Shown piece by piece: positions 60,577 to 64,000 of a stretch of 64,000 nt of DNA. Origin of the DNA: Owenia fusiformis (Eukaryota); assembly GCA_903813345.2 (NCBI GenBank), contig CAIIXF020000001.1, forward strand, positions 22,258,001-22,322,000, written 5' to 3'. The position numbers were made by a program, and so were the translations under genes. The number at the start of each line of letters is the position of its first letter. The first letter of the stretch is position 1. The notes beneath the pieces are model-generated. The model saw nothing but the letters and a program-made list of their open reading frames with translations, made no database searches and was not told the origin of the DNA.

Positions 60577-61421
60577 CGCAAACTGATTAACCAAATGTTT
60601 AAATTACGATTACGGGCCTACAGACGTGAAAATAACTCACAAATATGGTTGGTAATTGCGAGTTAATTATACAGATAAGAAATATAATGATAAAGTGTGG
60701 AAATACATTCACAATAGGTGGCTAGAGCAAGTTATTTAATGGAACAGGAAATAAAATGACCGCCGAAATGGCAGACGAGATTGAATTGACATTTCAAATT
60801 CACGACCAAATATCTTGAAAACTAAACATTATTGCTACCCCTAATTTACAGAAATGATCGCTAATATTGTTATCTATCTAAATAAATCTAAATTAATAAT
60901 TCAAATGGACTAACTAACCTGTATTTTTGCGATAAGTACGGAGCTTGAATATTCGAAGTTGTGGCTTAGTGAAGTAACTCTAAATGAGCACTACTAATGA
61001 AACGAAAAATACTACATTGAAATAATGAGACAGAAAACGAAACTACCTCACTAAAAATAATGAACGCTAGCCACCTAATTAAATATTGCAATGGGCCACA
61101 AATAAATATAATTATCACCAAAGGACCAGGTAAAATAAGGGAACAAGTGAAGTTGTTGTATTTAATGGCCATAATCTTGAGACTATCCAAATGGAAAACT
61201 ATAATAATTTTTCAAAAAAAATATTTTGTTACAATATGTATCGGCTTTAAATGTTTTTATTCTCCAACGTCACACAGGACTAAAAACACTCCTGAAACAC
61301 AGGAATACAAGATTTGTTTAACATCGAATGCCTTTTTATAGCAAACATTCAAAAATTGTAATCTTAATTCCCACTCTGATTCTGTAGATTACTGTAGGTC
61401 AAACTCATGTTTATACAATTA

Positions 61422-62775
61422 CAGTAAAACCTGTCTAATCCGAACACCCATTGGACCAACCAAAAGTGTTCAACTTGGCAGGTGTTCAAATTTTGAGGAT
61501 ATTGTTGGTCGGGGGGGGGGGGGGATTTTCATTGCTCAGTTCACTATATTGAACACTTAAAACTAAGTCAGAAAACAATACATGTTGGTGATGAGATTAT
61601 AATAGGCATATAGCCTATATGCTATGTTTTATTACATTTTGAACAATTTCATTATTTTAGTAAAATTAACTCATACTTTGGCAAAAACTTTGTAACACAC
61701 TGTATAAGTATATGATAGTCTCATACGAAATATTATGCTTATCAAATGACTCATCCCATATCATGGTTTCTTGGGACTTTTAGCATTAGCAATATTTGAG
61801 CATTGTGGGTTCCCACGCTCAATCACTACGTTGAGGATAGGTCTGAAGCTTGATGAAGCAAGATGATATTTGAGTAGATACATATTCTCTTCACGTAAAA
61901 AGAATTATTCATGAGTGTTCATTCGAGATTCGAGATTGATGAAGCAAGATGATATTTGAGTAGATACATATCCTCTTCATAAGACAAGTAAAAAGAATTT
62001 TTCATGAGTATAATCCTTCAAAATATCAAGGGCATTCAGGATGTCAGATGTATGCCTTTTTAGGAGACATTTTAGTGATAGGATATTACAAAGTTGTATT
62101 TTTCTCTTTCTCATGATATAATTTTGTCTGCAAATGTGTCTGTGTTGTCTTTGTGATTATAAAACATTTACTGATTGAATCTTAGCTATCATAACAGACC
62201 CATGGGATGCAAAACAGTTAAGACGTGTTCATAATCCAAATCAAAAACATCCAGTTAATTTACAATGAGGATAAACCAATTATCTCCCAGATTCTCATCT
62301 TTCTCATAATCCAAATCAAAAACATTCTTCTTGATTCACACCTTTCTCTTAATCCAAACATAAAATATTCAGTTCTTTTCTAATAGGAAAAACCAATTAA
62401 CTCCTGTACTCACACCTTTCCAAAACATCCTGTTGTTTTCCACAATTAGGGATGTCTCTGAGACTAAATAAGTTAATTATGACAATATTGGTTCTTTGAT
62501 TACATTGTATATGTAAAGATAAATAACAACTATAACATTGGCTCAATATGTGGCTATTATTGAAATGTCCACACATTTGATTTCTGATAAAAATGTTCAG
62601 ATTAGACAGGTCACTTTTTCAAATCTGGTATTTCACTGTTCAGATTAGGAGGTGTTCAGATTTCAAGTTTTTTTTAACATGGGAGTCAATGGGAGGAAAA
62701 AATGGGACCGAAAAAAACTGTTCAAATTGGAAGGTGTTCGGATTAGACAGGTGTTCAGATATACAGGTTCTACTG
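61422..62775. mobile_element. pogo/Tc1-type non-autonomous element
   Basis: TA-CAGTAAAACCTGT...ACAGGTTCTACTG-TA, with repeated subterminal GTGTTC(G/A)GATTAGACAGG motifs. Confidence 0.75.
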
Positions 62776-64000
62776 TATAGCAACATTACATGCATTATGT
62801 AAGAATTTCTAAATATACATTAGAAATACCATCTCACTGTATAACTATGACCCATCTTGTGTTAATCTCTCGGAATGAGGAGTAGAAATAGATTTTATGG
62901 AAAGTTTGAAAATGCAAAATAATTCTGAATACTTATAATGAAAATGTACCTTGGTTACATCTAATAACAATGTCTCTTACAAAAGTAGCATAAAAATATA
63001 GCTCAAAACATAATGTTACATACCTTTATCATAACATACATGTACAACCTCTGCTTATGCAGGTATCGTCTCAAAATTCATTCAGAATTTGAAAATACAT
63101 GTGATGGAAACTAAACATGGCCGCCAACACTGTACAAAAAGACCTTTACATGTATTAGCAATGACCAACCATTTTTTCAAACTGAAAAAATATCATCAAA
63201 CTGTACATTTTTGGAAAGCTTGGAGTGTGAGTAGTATAATACAATAAGAACCAATCTTCTATCTTGTTGCATTAAATATTAATGAGGGTCCAAAGAAGGC
63301 AACCCTCAAAAACCCTGTTTTCTTTTTTTCTCAAAAAGTGGCTAAAAATGACCCCAACTTAAACAAGCTATAATGTCATCACTATTTCAGCTAAAGCTTT
63401 GTGAAATGGCTCATTTAATAGTGCAATGTCATCCCTTTACTCCACTTTTTACAGAATGACTCTATCTGGAACAGGATAAAAGATATACCCATGAATAGCT
63501 AGCTACCTCACACGTTTTTCAACAATTTTACAGAAAATTTGTCAAACTTATATCATAAAGGATATAAGTTTTCGCTTTTCGCTATTCCGCTGAATAGAAA
63601 AAAGTAGTATTCAAAAATGAATGTAGTCCCAACACAATTGTGATCATGACGAGTCAGTAAGCTAGTATGTAGGCACAGTTGTAATCTTTTTGCAATGGCA
63701 ACATGACATTTCTTCTGAAAATGCGTTTATTTGGGTTATCTGAAGGAAAATTTCGAGTCAAGTGGCGTATTAATTTTGCCTTCATTTTTGTGAATTTCAA
63801 TTTGTGTCTGCAGAGAGAGGGGGTAGTGTCACAATTGACCAATTATTTCAAAAAGTAGATGATTGGCCCCTATTGAGTTTAGTGTCAAGATGTAGCTTAG
63901 ACATAGCTTTAGAACCTCAGATAGGCCAGTGAGGCCACATAAATCCATAACTCGAGATAAAAAGTCAGGCGTTTGCCCTTTTGCCCATTGACTAGTATGG

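Larger units (their letters stand above)
43673..61233 (-). mobile_element. Full-length, very recent Ty3/Gypsy LTR retrotransposon (17,561 bp)
   Basis: Two 4,240-bp LTRs (offset 13,321) with TGTAACA...TGTTACA ends, 4-bp TSD ATAT (43669-72, 61234-37), PBS, PPT, and gag-PR-RT-RH-IN order. Confidence 0.97.
56994..61233 (-). repeat. 5' LTR (4,240 bp), with the same arrays at ~57521-59543 and ~59571-60441
   Basis: Only two substitutions seen by eye versus the 3' LTR (44728 C / 58049 T; 47752 G / 61073 A). Confidence 0.97.

Overview
AT-rich, intron-containing, transposon-dense animal (invertebrate-like) DNA. Host genes: a tandem family of 3-exon, 245-aa signal-peptide proteins of unknown function (one apparently intact copy with a TE-inflated ~16 kb intron, one nonsense pseudogene, one deleted remnant), an 8-exon plant-type (class II, PRS4-like) PRPP synthetase, a divergently oriented Q/N-rich SOCS-box gene, and a probable first exon at 43.5 kb. 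Many nested TEs occur (Academ-like, L1/Tx1, and Spy-, hAT-, P-, Transib-, Harbinger- and Tc1/pogo-like MITEs). The standout is a very young 17.6 kb Ty3/Gypsy LTR retrotransposon (43673-61233, minus strand) with 4,240-bp near-identical LTRs. Each LTR has a TATA box and a poly(A) signal ~3.4 kb apart. Between them lie two different tandem arrays packed with sense-strand GGACU (m6A consensus) motifs and a 68-aa single-pass membrane micro-ORF. The element also has a 461-aa non-Env ORF3 behind a strong splice acceptor, in frame with integrase, and an in-frame UGA just before RT. All alignments and counts were done by eye; no database search was run.
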